Shown here in pieces: positions 35,716 through 49,423 of a DNA stretch of 64,000 bases. Each line of letters starts with the position of its first letter. Within the stretch, counting starts at the first letter, position 1. Source of the stretch: Callorhinchus milii. Taxonomy: Eukaryota. The position numbers and the translations under genes were made by a program. The DNA lies in NCBI RefSeq assembly GCF_018977255.1, contig NW_024704742.1, forward strand, positions 40,860,001-40,924,000, given 5' to 3'. Below the pieces are notes generated by a model, which had not been told where the DNA came from, did no database searches, and saw only the letters and a list, made by a program, of their open reading frames with translations.

Positions 35716-35864
35716 TGGTTTACTCAAATAAGTGGCATAAGCTTTATTATATACTCAAATTATTTATTATATAGGATTTATTATATAAATATATTATAAA
35801 TTTATTATATACGATTTTTTGGTTTACTCAAATAAGTGGCATAAGCTTTATTATATACTCAAAT
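35716..35864 (+). repeat. 45-bp perfect direct duplication with AT-rich filler
   Basis: tggtttactcaaataagtggcataagctttattatatactcaaat at 35716-35760 and 35820-35864. Confidence 0.95.
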
Positions 35865-38800
35865 ATGTAGGCATAAGCCTACATTAGCTTGATTGATGAA
35901 CATAATTCTAGTTACTAATTAAGAACATTACTAGGGAACTAGTACTTTGAGTATAAAGTATTTCCGTCCCATGGAGCTGTAGGGTGAAACACATCTTTAC
36001 CTGCCACGACTCATTCATTTTCTGGCTTGCCTGCAGCCTAAATAAAAGACCACAACTAATAGCAGAGATACACTGGTATTCTTCACTTATCTCTCGAAAG
36101 CCTCCTCTGTCTTTAACACTTAAAGACACTGTGGCATTTTCTCATAATTTAGATGCCTAATCCTAGTTATCAACCTAGTTCCCTTTCACTTTCCTCCCTG
36201 CAATGCCAAGTATTCTACAGTGATCGCAATTGTACATAGTGCTCCAGGTGGGGTTGGATTAGTTAAAAAGCAGCTTGATGCTGGAGCACAGCAAGGTGGA
36301 TGTTCTGGAGGGATGAGATCAGATGGACTGAAGAGCCTTTTTCATCCAAATGAATCAGGGTGATCTTGTGAGTATCCTGTATAAACTCAACTACATTTCC
36401 TGGGAGATGTGCTCTATTTTTTAGTTTTTACCCCAAAAGCCTGTTCATTTCTTTCATTACTTGACAGAGTTTATTTTACTGAACATGTTCAGGCACTTAT
36501 TTGAATGACCTATCCATTAATTTTCTCTCTCCAAATCCCTCTTCTGTGTGATATGTATTGTGCACTAATCCTAATACTGAGACATTTGGTCCACCCACTG
36601 TCAGATGATTTACTCAGGAGTTGAGTGGGAGGATTCTCAGCCCCCAGTGCCTGGTTCTGCTCTTCCAAGTCCTGCCAATGAGTGAAGCTGGCTGGGTTGT
36701 CGTCAGCAGTGCCTTAGAGTACAGCAGATCCACCTGGCTCAGGAACCAGACTACCGAGATCACCACAGAGGGCTGGGCTCGATTCAGACATTCCCTTGCC
36801 AAACATGTCACCTTGGAGCCAGTACATTACCTGCCTGCCTACTTACTTATTTAGGAGATAACAACAATAGTAATAACAATATTAGACTGCAGAAGTGAAA
36901 AAGGAGGCATCTTATACAAAACATACCTCCACTGGTAAGAATTTATATATATATATATTATAAGACATATCACAGATCCAATTATTTATTCCTAACCAAA
37001 AAGATGCAAAGAAAAACAAATGGATCAGTATTTATTCACAGGAAAATATATCCTGCACCATATTAAAAATCAAAGCATCAGGAACATTTCTAATGCAATA
37101 GCATTCACTGAGAATTGTACTGGGCAGTAGCTCCCATGACAGGAACTGGAGTTTGTGGGCAGCACACTGCAAAAGAGATAGGAAAACTGCATTGCTACGC
37201 AGAAGTGAGGTTCAAACCAAAGTGGGGTATTAAAACTAAAACCACTGGCGGCTTTAGAGCAGTGATGAGTTATGGATTTATGGCAATTCTTTACACAAGA
37301 GCCAGATTGCAACTATAAAAAGGTAGTGAGCTCAAGCAGCAGGCTTTCCAGGGTGAGAGTCAAGCAGACTGCTCTTTCATGCATTTCTAGCCATCAATAC
37401 ATAAAATTACTGTATTCAAAAATTCCCATGACAAGAGCAATAAACTTAAAGCACCTGGAGAATATTTTTGGCTTCAAGCAGCCAATAATTTGCTTGTGAT
37501 GAGCTAAAGCTACATCACCTTTTTCCTCAAAGGATGGAATGGAGCAACTCTACAGTTAACTAACTTGGGACTAAGTTAGCATTCAAATATAATGGTTTCA
37601 AGCCAATATAGTTAAGTCTTAGCGTCCTGTGTGTATGCAGTTCCAGACCATATTCTGGGATACACTGCCATATGCAACATATTAGGTTAGCAAAGCTGTC
37701 CCTGCTGTGCAGGAAATCTGAAAACAGGACCAACACACATCACAAATATAATGAGGAAACTAGCATGTGGCTATTTAGGAATCAACTACAGCACAGCATG
37801 AATTAATCTTTAAGATCTATCCCAGATCACGGACAGTAACTATTTATTTAACCATAAAGCCTTTATCGCTGCTTGTTGCGGCTGTACTTCAAATCCACTC
37901 ACCAGTTCCTTGAAATCAAACCATGCCAATTATACATATGCACAAACACTAGTTTTAGAATAAAAACAATCCCATGATATTTTAGAAGTCACTATGCATA
38001 AAACTTTGGTTTAAAAAAAGCTTTAAAATGCCTCAACACAATTTCAGTACACAACTTTTAAATTCAAAGCTACCAAACTCGGTAAAAACATCTCACAAGC
38101 TCGTGTTTACTTCAACAGTTTAGGTTTAACTACCTTTCAACTCAGAAACTTAGAAAGATAGACAATGAACTGCTGGCAAGGACATTTTTAGTTTGGAGCT
38201 CTACATTTACCACCAATTTGGAAATGAGAATCTTTCCCATAGTGTGCTGCGAAAATGTCTATGAATTATGCTAATAGGGTTTCTACTGTTGCAAGGAAAC
38301 AGCTTTGATAGTAACTAAAAAGCCCAAGCTATCCAATCAAAATGTTTGCCCATTATCAAAGTTACTCTGAAATGCTGACACCATAAGTAATACAAGCCTT
38401 GAATTATCACGTTTCCAAGGTTTTGACGAAAACTCTAGTTGGAAACAATAAAGCTGCACTATCCAATTCTCATCAGCTTTAGCTGAGTTTTGTTCTCACT
38501 GACGATGAAAAGATATGTAAATGAACTCTGCGATCAGAACCCTGCATGGTGAGGGTCTGAATAATGGTGTAAAACTCCACAGCTTTGGTCATCAACCTAA
38601 TTTGCAACATCAGTGCTGGAGCATTGAGGAAATACAATGGAAAGAAACTCTGAATGAAAGCGACTCACTGATTTAAATTTCGGTGAATGGTTACTTACTT
38701 GTTATTGGTATAAAAACATTTATGCAGTGAAGTTTTAATACAAAGCACAAGTCCACTTGCCAAAATATTTTAAAACCCACAACATATATTTAACACTGAA

Positions 38801-39449
38801 TTTCTGAAGATTTTTACTGATAAAATATAAATTGACTGCAGACGTTCTTATGTTTTAAAACAGTGCACTGTTAGCAGACAGTGGTTCAAGGTTTAATACA
38901 GGACTCACAGAAGGTTTGGACATTAAATTCCAGTCTCAGGTGATTTACTTTTTTTTAAAAAAGGGCCGATAAATGACTCCTTCAGCAACGACTGTGAATG
39001 ATGGTCAGGAAACATACTTCTCCTAAATTACAAATCCACGATTTGGAGCTTTCACCCAGACAGAAATCTCATTATGGATGGCACTGCAGAAATCTGCGAA
39101 CAATACCAGAATGCCACCAAATTTGGTCAGCCAGGTTCATGATACTGCTTAAAAGTATCCAAAGCAAACAGAGTGACACACTTGTATGTCACCTGCACAA
39201 CCTACACATGAAAATTTCCTCACATCTGGAATGTGCAATCCCTCCCTGGAAGGATTGACCCCACTTACCTAACTGCAGAATACTATGCCTCAATAGCCAA
39301 GTTTTGGTTTATTAGTCCAGTGAACTGGCAATGGGGGGGAGGGGGGGAGAGAGGAGATTAAGTCGAGATCTTTACTGGACTGTTTTATTGTAAGTGGCTT
39401 TATAATATTTAAAAGAGAATCAGACATATATGTGAAAAACAGAAGGATG

Positions 39450-39740
39450 ATTTCCTTGGTAAATGCACTGGCTGTTGCAGGACAAGCACATATTAACCAC
39501 ACGTTTGCAGGTTCAAATGACAGACTATGTAGTTAGTTGATCACATCGAAGTGCTGCAGTTTATATTAAGAGAGGGGAAAATTGGCAAGAAAATTCAACC
39601 ACTACTGATCGTTCACCCTGCTGGAGGTTGTCATTGTGTGTACTATGACTAGTTTGGGTTTCAAGCTCCTTCCCTCCTCCTCCCACCCTGTCCTTCACCT
39701 GGGACAGTTTGCCAACTCACTCACAGCAGAGGATCACACA
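39450..39740 (+). mobile_element. Possible ancient LmeSINE1-like relic
   Basis: ggtaaatgcactg..caggttcaa..gttagttgatc..gaggggaaaattggcaag..ctgatcg..accctgctgga resemble the recalled consensus; not searched. Confidence 0.3.
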
Positions 39741-39978
39741 CCTTTAAATCCTCCATATTCTTGTCTTATGTCAGCTTGTGATCTCCTGCGACCCTAATTC
39801 CCTGCCAACTCTCTTCACTCTTGTGACTCTGGCATCTTTCCTGTCTCATGTCCCTTCTGTGGATTATCATTTTGATATACCTTCAAGCACCTCCTCCTTT
39901 CCCCCTACCCACTCAGGGTCTCATTCACTCTCCGTGAAATGCTTCAAGAGGGTTCCCTCTGTGAAAAGCAATACGCAT

Positions 39979-40276
39979 TGTAGCCCAGTGGTTACAGCAC
40001 TCGCCTCACAAGCGAGACACCTGGGTTCAATTCCAGGCAGGGCGAAACCTTGGGCAAGTTTCCCTACTCCACACGTCTAATGATAATCCCTCCAAAACAA
40101 AACAATAATAAACTGGTAATTTTCAATCCACGATTGTTTATGGGACACTGCTGTGTGCAATTGGCTGTCGCGTTTCACCCACAAATATACTTTACAGTCT
40201 ATTCTGTGAAGCGCTTTGAGACGTCGAGAAGACGTGAAAAGCGCTATATCAAATGCAAGGATTATTATTATTATTA
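39979..40276 (+). mobile_element. SINE, short subfamily, following an L2 3' remnant (~39750-39975)
   Basis: A/B boxes, body and (att)n tail. Confidence 0.9.
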
Positions 40277-40744
40277 CGCAAGTGCATATTGTTTTCAAAG
40301 TTAGCAATTACCACTATGACTACCATGAAGAGGATGTTGAAGGTTTATACAATATATAATACAACAGTGTGAAAAATATAAATTGCTAATACCACCTTAT
40401 CACAAACACCTGCACCAGCCCAGCTATTGTTCTCCACAGGATCTCAATTGGACAATTACCAAGTAATAATTGACAACTGCTTTTGTGGAAAATCACTGAG
40501 CTACTATAATTGGGATTCTTTCAAGCTGCTGAATTTGCATTCAAAATATTATATCCATGAGTTTTTTTTGCTGGATTACTTTAAGCATAGAACGATATAG
40601 CAGATGCATGGATTTTATAAACCTACAATATAGAATATTTAACTTTAGCTCAACCAAATGAAGCACTTACAAGTTAATTTTCTATCAAAAATGCCTCATT
40701 TTAGTTTGAAACCCTAAAAATAGAAATATATGGAAAATCATTAC

Positions 40745-40905
40745 CTTGAGGGGATTTAACTTTGCTGGCAGATTTTTTGGGAGGTTTCCCAGGCGTGCTG
40801 GTTGGTGGGGTTTGGAACAGCTTCTCCTCCATCTTGGCCTTTTTCACATACTGGTAAGATTTGCCCAGCAACACAATGCTGTTAAGGACTTTGAGTGTAA
40901 TCAAC
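40745..40905 (-). CDS. TAPT1: TAPT1 exon 13-equivalent, 161 nt: LITLKVLNSIVLLGKSYQYVKKAKMEEKLFQTPPTSTPGKPPKKSASKVKSPQ
   Basis: Largely matches ORF 40701..40904; tttaag| acceptor, |gtaatg donor. Confidence 0.96.
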
Positions 40906-41413
40906 CTTAAAAGAAAAAAAATTTACAATAAGCAGAAATAAAGGGGTTAAAAGCACACCTTAAAAATTCATTAGCTTTGATGGGGACGTACGATATAACT
41001 GCCTTATTATGATATATAAAAGGGAATGTGCTCACGCACACTTCGCTGAAGAGTGTGCTGAATGGAATGCTGAATGGTTTGACCACTATTCGCTTTGTTA
41101 GGCTTCCAAAAATGCTTTCTCCAAACTACAAACAGATCATTAGCCTGTTCCATTTTTTAGCATCTGAATTCAAGCTTTGGATCTTGGATTACATCCTTTC
41201 AAATGCCACTTTGCAAATTAACTTAATTAAAAAAAACTATCCTGCAAATGCAACATGTAAAAGACAGCTGTCTCAGCTAAACAGGAGTTGACAGTTGATG
41301 GCTCACAGCATTTTTGCCCAGTTTTGGGTACTACCATGAAAGGCGCTATCCAAATGTAATTTTGGCGGTGTTGTTGCTTGGAAATTTAGAGAGGGTGAAA
41401 TTTAGAGAGGGCA

Positions 41414-41681
41414 GAATCCCATAGCTTAGTGGTTAGCGCGCTCGCCTCGCAAGTGAGAGGACCTGGGGTCGATTCTCAGCTTGGTGAACCTTAGAGAAAT
41501 TTCTTTAATCCTCAAGCCCTGATTTACCACCAGTAAGTAGGACACTGCTGTGTACAATTGGCTGCTGCGTTTTGCCCACAAAATACACTGTCAATTCACT
41601 TTACAGTATATTCAGTAAAGGTCTTTGAGACGTCTAGAAGACATGATAAGGCACTATATCAAATGCAATAATTATCATCAT
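41414..41681 (+). mobile_element. SINE, long subfamily with internal deletion
   Basis: cccatagcttagtggttagcgcgctcgcctcgcaagtgag head; cagtaagtagga joined directly to cactgctgtg. Confidence 0.85.
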
Positions 41682-42559
41682 GTTTCTAAAATAGAGAGTC
41701 TCATTCCTTGATCGAAGAATTAAAAAAACAAAATTGTGATGCCGTTAGGTTTTTAGTATATACACCATTATAAGGAGTATTTTCATCAACCTGTTTGAGA
41801 AAAATCAGATATCTTTGGCTTTTAGCAGTCAAAGGCAAAATTGTTCCAAGGTCTGCAGCAAAATGTTCTGCAAAAGCTTTGGCAAATGAAGCACCTTAAA
41901 TAATCATACTACTTATACCAGTCAGCTTAAGCTAAAAAATCGGGCATATCAGTCTTTCGAATTCTTTAACATCACTGCTCATGTACGCTGTCTTTCATAT
42001 GTGCGTGCACAACACAATGTTAATGAAGCCAGAGCACGGAATCTCTTCCACAAGTAGAATCCAGCCACATACACTGGTGCACCATCGAACAGCCCAAGAG
42101 ATCGTCCTCATCCCAGGAGTGGGAGAATCATTTAAACATGTATTGGAGCCAATTAACAGCAACATTTAAATCATATTCTTTTGAAAATTAGAGAATCTTT
42201 GGCACTATTTAAAAAAAATAAATTAGAATTAATTTTAGCTTCAAGCCCATTGCTATCAAGCTGGATTTAAAAATTGTCTATTGGTTTTCCTACAAAGAAT
42301 CATCTGTAGAATTTGTATCAATGCAAAAGTAATTGCTCAAGTGTAGTTGTCCTACTTTCTATATTTGGCTCAAATTTTTTTGAAATTACAATCAAAAATA
42401 AGACAAGCTGTACAAGTTTATAAAATCCAATTAAATCAATAATCTATACTGCGCAGCTGGTAAACCACATGCGGTAGTTCATCACTGCAGCAGGGGAGTG
42501 AGAATGAGATGACAGATCAAGACCTCGTTTTCCGCAATTCAAAGATCTTGACCCATCAC

Positions 42560-42770
42560 CGCATGTGGTATGTGGAACAGGCTCCTTAGGGAGATGGTTG
42601 AAGCAGGAAATGTTGATTCTTTCAAACACAGATTAGATAGTTTCCCTTTAGGAAATAACATAATGGGATATAGTACACAGGTAGTTTGAGACATATGTAC
42701 ATGCAGCCGCCAGGAAGGTGGAAGGCAAACTAGATGGACCTCGGTCTTTTTTCAACTAACATTTCTTATG
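42560..42770 (+). mobile_element. Old CR1-type 3' end fragment
   Basis: gtggtatgtggaacaggctcc (WNRL), ttcaaacacagattagatag (FKxRLD), gatggacc tail. Confidence 0.6.
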
Positions 42771-45156
42771 TTGTTATTTATTACTGGCAAGTGCTGGAAT
42801 GGCATTGAATTGTGGAAGATGAGGTTCTTCTGCGCATGCAGCAACAATCAAGATTGCAGCCGGTGATTTCCTGTGATTCAATGCAACCGGCCAGAGGCGC
42901 GCATGCGTTGACAGTTCAGAACGTCACTTCGCAATTTAATGTAGCTGGTAAGTGCATCAGTAATGGAGGATTCGGGAGCAGTGTTACAAAAATTTCATTA
43001 AAAAAACTACAAATTAGACCCATTATATAGATTTTAACAATAACGAATGCTTCTTTTAGACAAATGCATTATAATTCCAGAAATAAAGTGACCATCAGCT
43101 ATATCAATATTTAAACCTTTGCAACGATAAAACTCGCTAATAAAACTCATTAGGAGGTGATTAATTCAACTAGTGCAAAGAAATCTAAAACGTTTTGATA
43201 GGAAACTGAATGGGACTGAATGGAATAAGCTTGTACGACTTATCTGGTTATGATTTATAAAGATAAGACATTTGCGAGTTTTATTGTAGACCTCAATGTT
43301 TTCAAAATAAGGCATTAAATATCACATAATAGGGATCTTACAAATAAAGACACCGGAACTTATTGACAATGTACTCAAATAACTAAAAAAGGTTGGTTTG
43401 ATATTAAGTCTGCATCTATTATTTAGATACTTCAGTGATAGTTGCATCACAATTCACTAATTGGTACAGAATGCTCCTGCAGAAGTACTTTCGTTTCAAG
43501 AAAATCTGACCCGCACATATTGTTAAAATTCATGATCGAAACATTTAGATCTAAATTGAGAATGAAAAGGAAGCCAAATTAAGTAACACCCTATTAAAAC
43601 ACACCCAGTTCAACAAAGCAGAATTTCATGGCATAACTGAATAGAATTAAGGATTTTAGTACACATACATGAAATGGAATTCACTATATATTGCTGCAAC
43701 ATACTTAGTTTAATATTGGACAATTTTCAATTTAATCAGCAACCTTGTATAATCTAATTTTGGACAGCAATCGCATTACTGGCCCAATTTTACTTTAATT
43801 ATCCAAAAACTTAATATCAATCTTCATTGCAAATGCCTTCAAGATGTAGAATTATAATGCACATAATTATATGCTTTACAAAGGTACAAGACTTGATTAA
43901 CTTATGTTTCAGTTTATACAGACCAAACAATACAGTACCAGAAACATTTTGCAAAACTGATACACAAACTACTCAAACCATTTGAGGAAAGCAAAAGTTC
44001 TGCACAGATGTACTTAAATAGGTTCAAGCAATTTATTAAGAGTATAGTTCTAGTGTATTTAAGAGCTGACAGGATTCACAGCTTTCTTCTACCAATAAAC
44101 CTTGATTGCAGATCAACTTCCCAAACAATTGCTTAAATGCTTTTTTCAGCTCTGTTGTCAGCTCTGAAATGGCTCAGGCACACACATTGCCAGAGTGCGA
44201 GGCCACTTGTTCAAGGTAGTCTCAATACCAATGCTATACTGCCAAGCTCTATGCCATCCACAGTGATCTAAACACACTTCTGCTGTGTGCACAATGTAAA
44301 AGATTACAAACGTGCAGTACAATAGGAGCATATCAATGATTGATGGTCGTGTTTAATCTCAATATTCCCTGCTCTTGTCCATATCAGCCTTGATCGGTTA
44401 AATGTAATTATCATAGTGGTCTTCAACAACAAGTTGCATTTATATAGAGTCCTTCAAGCAGGTAGCGTCTCAGAGAGCTTAAAGAATGGAATTAAAATTT
44501 ATATAGTATAGTAGAGCATTATTAGCCCTAGCATATGGAATGCCTTCCTCATTCTGGATATTTCATGTCAGCTTTGAAATACTCCTAGATCAATGTGTAA
44601 GGCATGCTATGCTCTTTTATACTTTGTCACAGTAAATCACACCGACACGTTAGACACAAATCTTGCTGAAACCCCGCAACCTTGAATAGATGGGAGTTAG
44701 AATCAGCTTGAATTGCCCCATTGTGATATAAATTCAGTGGATGTCAATTGAAGTGGACTCTGCTAGTCAATGATCCCATAAAAGTTGACAGTGGTCCAAT
44801 TAACATGCCAACTCTCAAAACATGAATGAGGAATCAAGCATTCAACTAGCTATTTAATATTAAATCTCAAAACCGGATTTGGGGAAGTTTTTTTTAAAAA
44901 AAAGGACTAATGCAATGTGCATCAGGCAAGTCTCATCAGGCTCAGCATCACATTATTCCTTTACTTTTAAACAGCGTAAACACAGCATTGGAGGGGCAGA
45001 TTAAAGATCTGTCCGCTCTGCCCAAACTGAGAAAATTTACACCAACCAGTGTGACACAAGGACCAAAGTTCCAAATTATAGTAATAAAAATGACGTTGGC
45101 GTGACTTCATAGTTAAAAAATTAAAAAATTTAAAAAACCAGCAACAACAACAACAA

Positions 45157-48100
45157 TGTCATGGCCCCTGGCACTGCCATCCCAGCCATGACCTGGGAAG
45201 CTGAGCCTGAGGGCTGATGCCGTCCCGCTGATCGCTCGCTCCCAGTCTCTTGGTGCGCGTTTTGGCTACAGCCCCGCACCCCCCCCCCCACTCCAAATGT
45301 ATCTCCTCCCTCCCCCCTCTATGTCTTTCCTCCCATCCCCCTTTATCCGCTACTCCCCCTCTGTCCTTCTCTCCCACCGCCTTCCCCGCCTTCTCTCTCT
45401 CCTCGACCCCATCACCACTTCCCTCTGCTCCAGCCTCGGCATCCTCCTCCGGGCCCATCGTGGCTCCCGGCACTGGCTGTCCCAGAGCAGCAACCCCACG
45501 TGTCTCATCACTCCCTCCCTCCGCTCAAACCGCTTCCTTAAGGCAAACCCAACTTCCCCCACCCTCATCAACCAGTCCCTCCCCAACTCTCCACTCACAC
45601 CACTCTCCACAACCATCTCTCCTGTACACCCAAAATCCTTTCCGCACCACTCTCTCCTCCCTCCAGCAAACCCACCCGCATTTCCTTCCAAAATGTGCGT
45701 TCCCTCTCAAATAAACCCCTCACCATCCACGACCTCATCCTGGACGAGCATCTTGACATTCTTGGGCTTACCAAAACCTGGCTCTCCCCAATGACCCCGT
45801 CCCCCTAGTGGAAGCCTCCCCTCCAGTCTACACCTTCCACCACACCCCCCATCCAAACCAACTTGGCGGCGGGGTGGCCTTCATTTCCAAAGCTCCCTTG
45901 GTCTCACCCTCTACTCCTCTGGCTGCTTCCCCTCCTTCGAGCACCTCACCCTCTTCCACCCCTCTCTCCCTTTGAAAATCCTCCTCGTCTACCACCCCCT
46001 AAGCCCCCCAGCTCCTTCCACACAGACATCTCTACTCTCCTCTCTTTCGTGTCCCTCTGCTCCGAGTGCCTACTCATAATGGGTGATTTCAACCTCTACC
46101 TAAACTCCCCTGCACTACTTCTGCCAACTTTACTACCTTCCTCTCCTCCCTAAACCTCACCCTTCATATAAACTCACTCACCCACAACTGTGGTCATGCA
46201 CTTGACCTCGTCATCACCCATGGCCTTGACATTTCTGACCTCAGCATAGTGGACAAGGCCATCTCGGACCACTTTTTCATCTCCTTCTCCTCTCACATCC
46301 CTCTCTCCTCCACCAAGCCCTCAACCATCCTCTACCGCCCTTGGAAAAGGCTACCCCCTGAGACGCTCACAAAGATCCTCACATCAGCAAACATCCTATC
46401 CCTCTGGCCCTCCACCCGCGGAGATGCTGAAGCAGCCGTCCAGCTGCTCCGTGATCGCCTCTCCTCCACCTTCAACTCCCTCGTCTCCCTAAAATCCAGG
46501 ACCATCTCCAAACCCACCCGATCCCCCTGGTACAACAACCATCTCCGCCACCAAAAAACCCAAACCGGTTTGCTCGAGCGAAGATAGCAGAAAACTGGCC
46601 TGACAGTTCACCGTCAACTGTGGCTCGAGCATCTCCACAGCTACTGCCATTCTTTGACATGCGTAAAAACGGCCTTCTACTCCAACATTATCTTGGAGGC
46701 TAAACACAACCCAAAAATCCTTTTTTCCCCACCACCACCCACTACCTCCTCTGTGCCCCCCCTCAGTCCTCCTCAATCTTCGTATCAAATGCCAAGTGCG
46801 AAGATGTCATGGACTTCTTTTCACCTAAAATACTTAACATCCGCCAGGCATCATCCACCTGCACCTTGTCACCCACCACCATGCCCTCACCACCTCCCCC
46901 TCACCTTCCTCATCATCTGCTCCTACCACCAGCCCCATTCGACATTCCTTCCTCCCCATCTCTCCCTCCTCCCTCTCACCCACCATCACCTCCATAAAAC
47001 CCACCACCTGCTGCCTCGACTGCCTCCCCACTAACTTACTGGTCACCCATCTCCCCTTCCTCTGCCCACGACTGGCTGACATCATCAACCAGTCCCTCTC
47101 CTCCGGATCAGTCCCTGCCTCCCTCAAAACTGCTGTCATCACCCCCCTCCTGAAAAAACCTTCCCAAGATCCCTCAAACCCAGCCACCACCGCCCTATTT
47201 CTAACCTGCCCTTCCTCTCAAAAGTTCTAGAACGCGTTGTTGCCAACCAACTCCGCGCACACCTCTCACCTCTCCTCCCACTCCCTCTTCGAAACCCTCC
47301 AGTCCGGTTTCCGCTCTGCCCACAGTACAGAGACTACGCTTGTGAAAGTCACAAATGACATCCTCGCTATCTGTGACCAGAGCTCCCTCTGCCTCCTTGT
47401 CCTCTCCGCCATGTTTGACACAGTCGATCACACCATCCTCCTCCACCGCCTTTCCTCCGTCATCCACCTCAGTATGACCGCCCTCGCCTGGTTCGAGTCC
47501 TACCTCACAAACTGCCAGGAGTACATATGCACAAACAGCTTCTCCTCCCTTTCTCACCCGGTCACCTGTGGGGTACCCCAAGGATCCATCCTTGGCCCCT
47601 CCTCTTTCTGATCTACATGCTCCCTCTTGGGGATGTCATCCGTAGACATGGGGTACATTTCCACATGTATGCAGATGACACCCAACTCTATTTTAACACC
47701 TCTCTTTGCGACCCCCAGTCCCCTGATGTTCTGTCAGCCTGCCTGTCAGATCTCAGGGGCTGGATGAACGCAAACTTTCTTCAGCTGACTGTTGACAAGA
47801 CGGAAGCCAAACTCTTCGGCTCTCGTCAACGTCTTGAATCTCACAGCTCTCACCTCCTCCACCTACCCGACCTCCCCCTAAAACTCTCCGAATCCGTACG
47901 CAACCTAGGCGTCAGGTTCGACCCCCAATTATCCTTCCTTCCCCACATCCGGTCCCTCACCAGCACCGCTTTCTTCCACTTCCGACGCATTGCCCGTCTC
48001 CGCCAATACCTCTCCCCAAAAGCCACTGAAACCCTGGTCCATGCATTTGTCACCTCTTGGCTGGACTACTCCAACGCCATCCTCACCGGTCTCCCATCCA

Positions 48101-48617
48101 CTACCATCCATAAAATCCAAATCATTCAAAACTCTGCCGCCCGCATTCTCACCCGCACAAAACTCCGCTCCATGATCACCCCAGTCCTTGCCAGACTGCA
48201 CTGGCTGCCTATCCCAGAGAGGATCGATTTCAAGATCCTCACCTTCGTATTCAAGTCCCTGCACTTCTCTGCACCCCCGACCTCTCTGACCTCCTCTCTC
48301 CTCAAAACAGCACCCGTTGCCTTTGTTCCTCCAGGTCTGGCCTCCTCCTTGTCCCCCAAGTCCTCCGCTCCACCCTCGGCGGCCGTGCCTTCAGCCACTA
48401 TGCCCCGAGGCTCTGGAACTGCCTTCCTCACTCCCTTTGTCTCGCTCCCTCCCTTCCCATTTTCAGGTCTCTGCTGAAGACCTTTCTTTTCGACCGCGCC
48501 TTTGGTCACCTTCCCCCCCTCCCCCTGGCTCGGCCCCGGGATCCGTTACTGTAAAGCGCTCTGAGACGCCGTCCGGCAAGGAGGGCGCTATATATAAATC
48601 CAAGTTGTTGTTGTTGT
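45157..48617 (+). mobile_element. Near-full-length L2 LINE (~3.46 kb; APE + RT, frameshifted) in TAPT1 intron 12, antisense to the gene
   Basis: GILLRAHRGSRHW; NVRSLSNK..IHDLILDEHLDILGLTKTWL; IMGDFN; ISDHF; PWY; RPISNLPFLSKVLE; QSGFRSAHSTET; GVPQGSILGP; YADDTQLY; tail gagacgccgtccgg...(gtt)n. Confidence 0.96.
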
Positions 48618-48886
48618 TGCATTTGATATAGCGCTTTTCACATCTTCTAGACATCTCAAAGAGCTTCACAGAATATACTGTAAAGTGAATTGACTATATT
48701 TGTGGGTGAAACACGGTAGCCAATTGTGCACAGCAGTGTCTTACGTACAGTCATGGACTGAGTTACCACATTTTTTTTGAGTCTCCGGAAAGCAATCCAC
48801 CAATTGACTAACGACCGGGTTCCTACTTACTGCAAGGTAAACAGAGGCGTGTGGAATAAGGAAACTTGACTAGGTTTCGCTCTGCC
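48618..48886 (-). mobile_element. SINE, long subfamily, head missing, tail abutting the L2 tail
   Basis: gcatttgatatagcgcttttcac... and the central gggttcctacttactgc..gtaaacagaggc block. Confidence 0.85.
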
Positions 48887-49100
48887 AAAGTTATTTTTCT
48901 AAATGATGCTATAGATGAATTTATTGAATTCAATCCAAACAAATATAGATCAACGCTCATCTTTTGAAAGTTTGTACATTATTAATTTGATGTACATCCA
49001 TGTTTCTACAATGAAGCATTATAAGCCACAGCACCGGAGAACTAAAGGGGAATATAGAAAATAAAGTTCTTGGTGATTTCAAGCTTTCCTCTCTGCTTTG

Positions 49101-49423
49101 TGGAGTCCTGTAGCTCAGTGGTGAGAGCACTCACTTTGCAAGCGAGAGACCTGGTTCAATTCCAGGCAGGCGAAACCTTGGGCAAGTTTCCTTACTCCAC
49201 ACGCCTAATAATAATCCATCCAAAAAAAACAAAAAAAAATAATAAATTGGTCATTTTCAATCCACGACTGTTTGTGGGACATTGCTGTGCGCAATTGGCT
49301 GCCGCGTTCGCCCACAAATATACAGTCAATTCACTTTTACAGTGTGTTCTGTGAAGCGCTTTGGGACGTCCTCCCGACGTGAAAAGCGCTATATCAAATG
49401 CAAGGATTATTATTATTATTATT
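49101..49423 (+). mobile_element. Full-length young SINE (CTCCC loop)
   Basis: Near-identical to the copies at 54946 and 62322. Confidence 0.94.

Noticed and set aside
40050..40304. Recurrent small ORFs starting MGKFPYST as a gene family
   Set aside because: All are translations of the same SINE body.
45157..45240. HDV-like ribozyme at the L2 5' end (tcccagcc...tgg resemblance)
   Set aside because: The L3 UCC motif, P1 and P1.1 pairings could not be built; only simple hairpins are supported.
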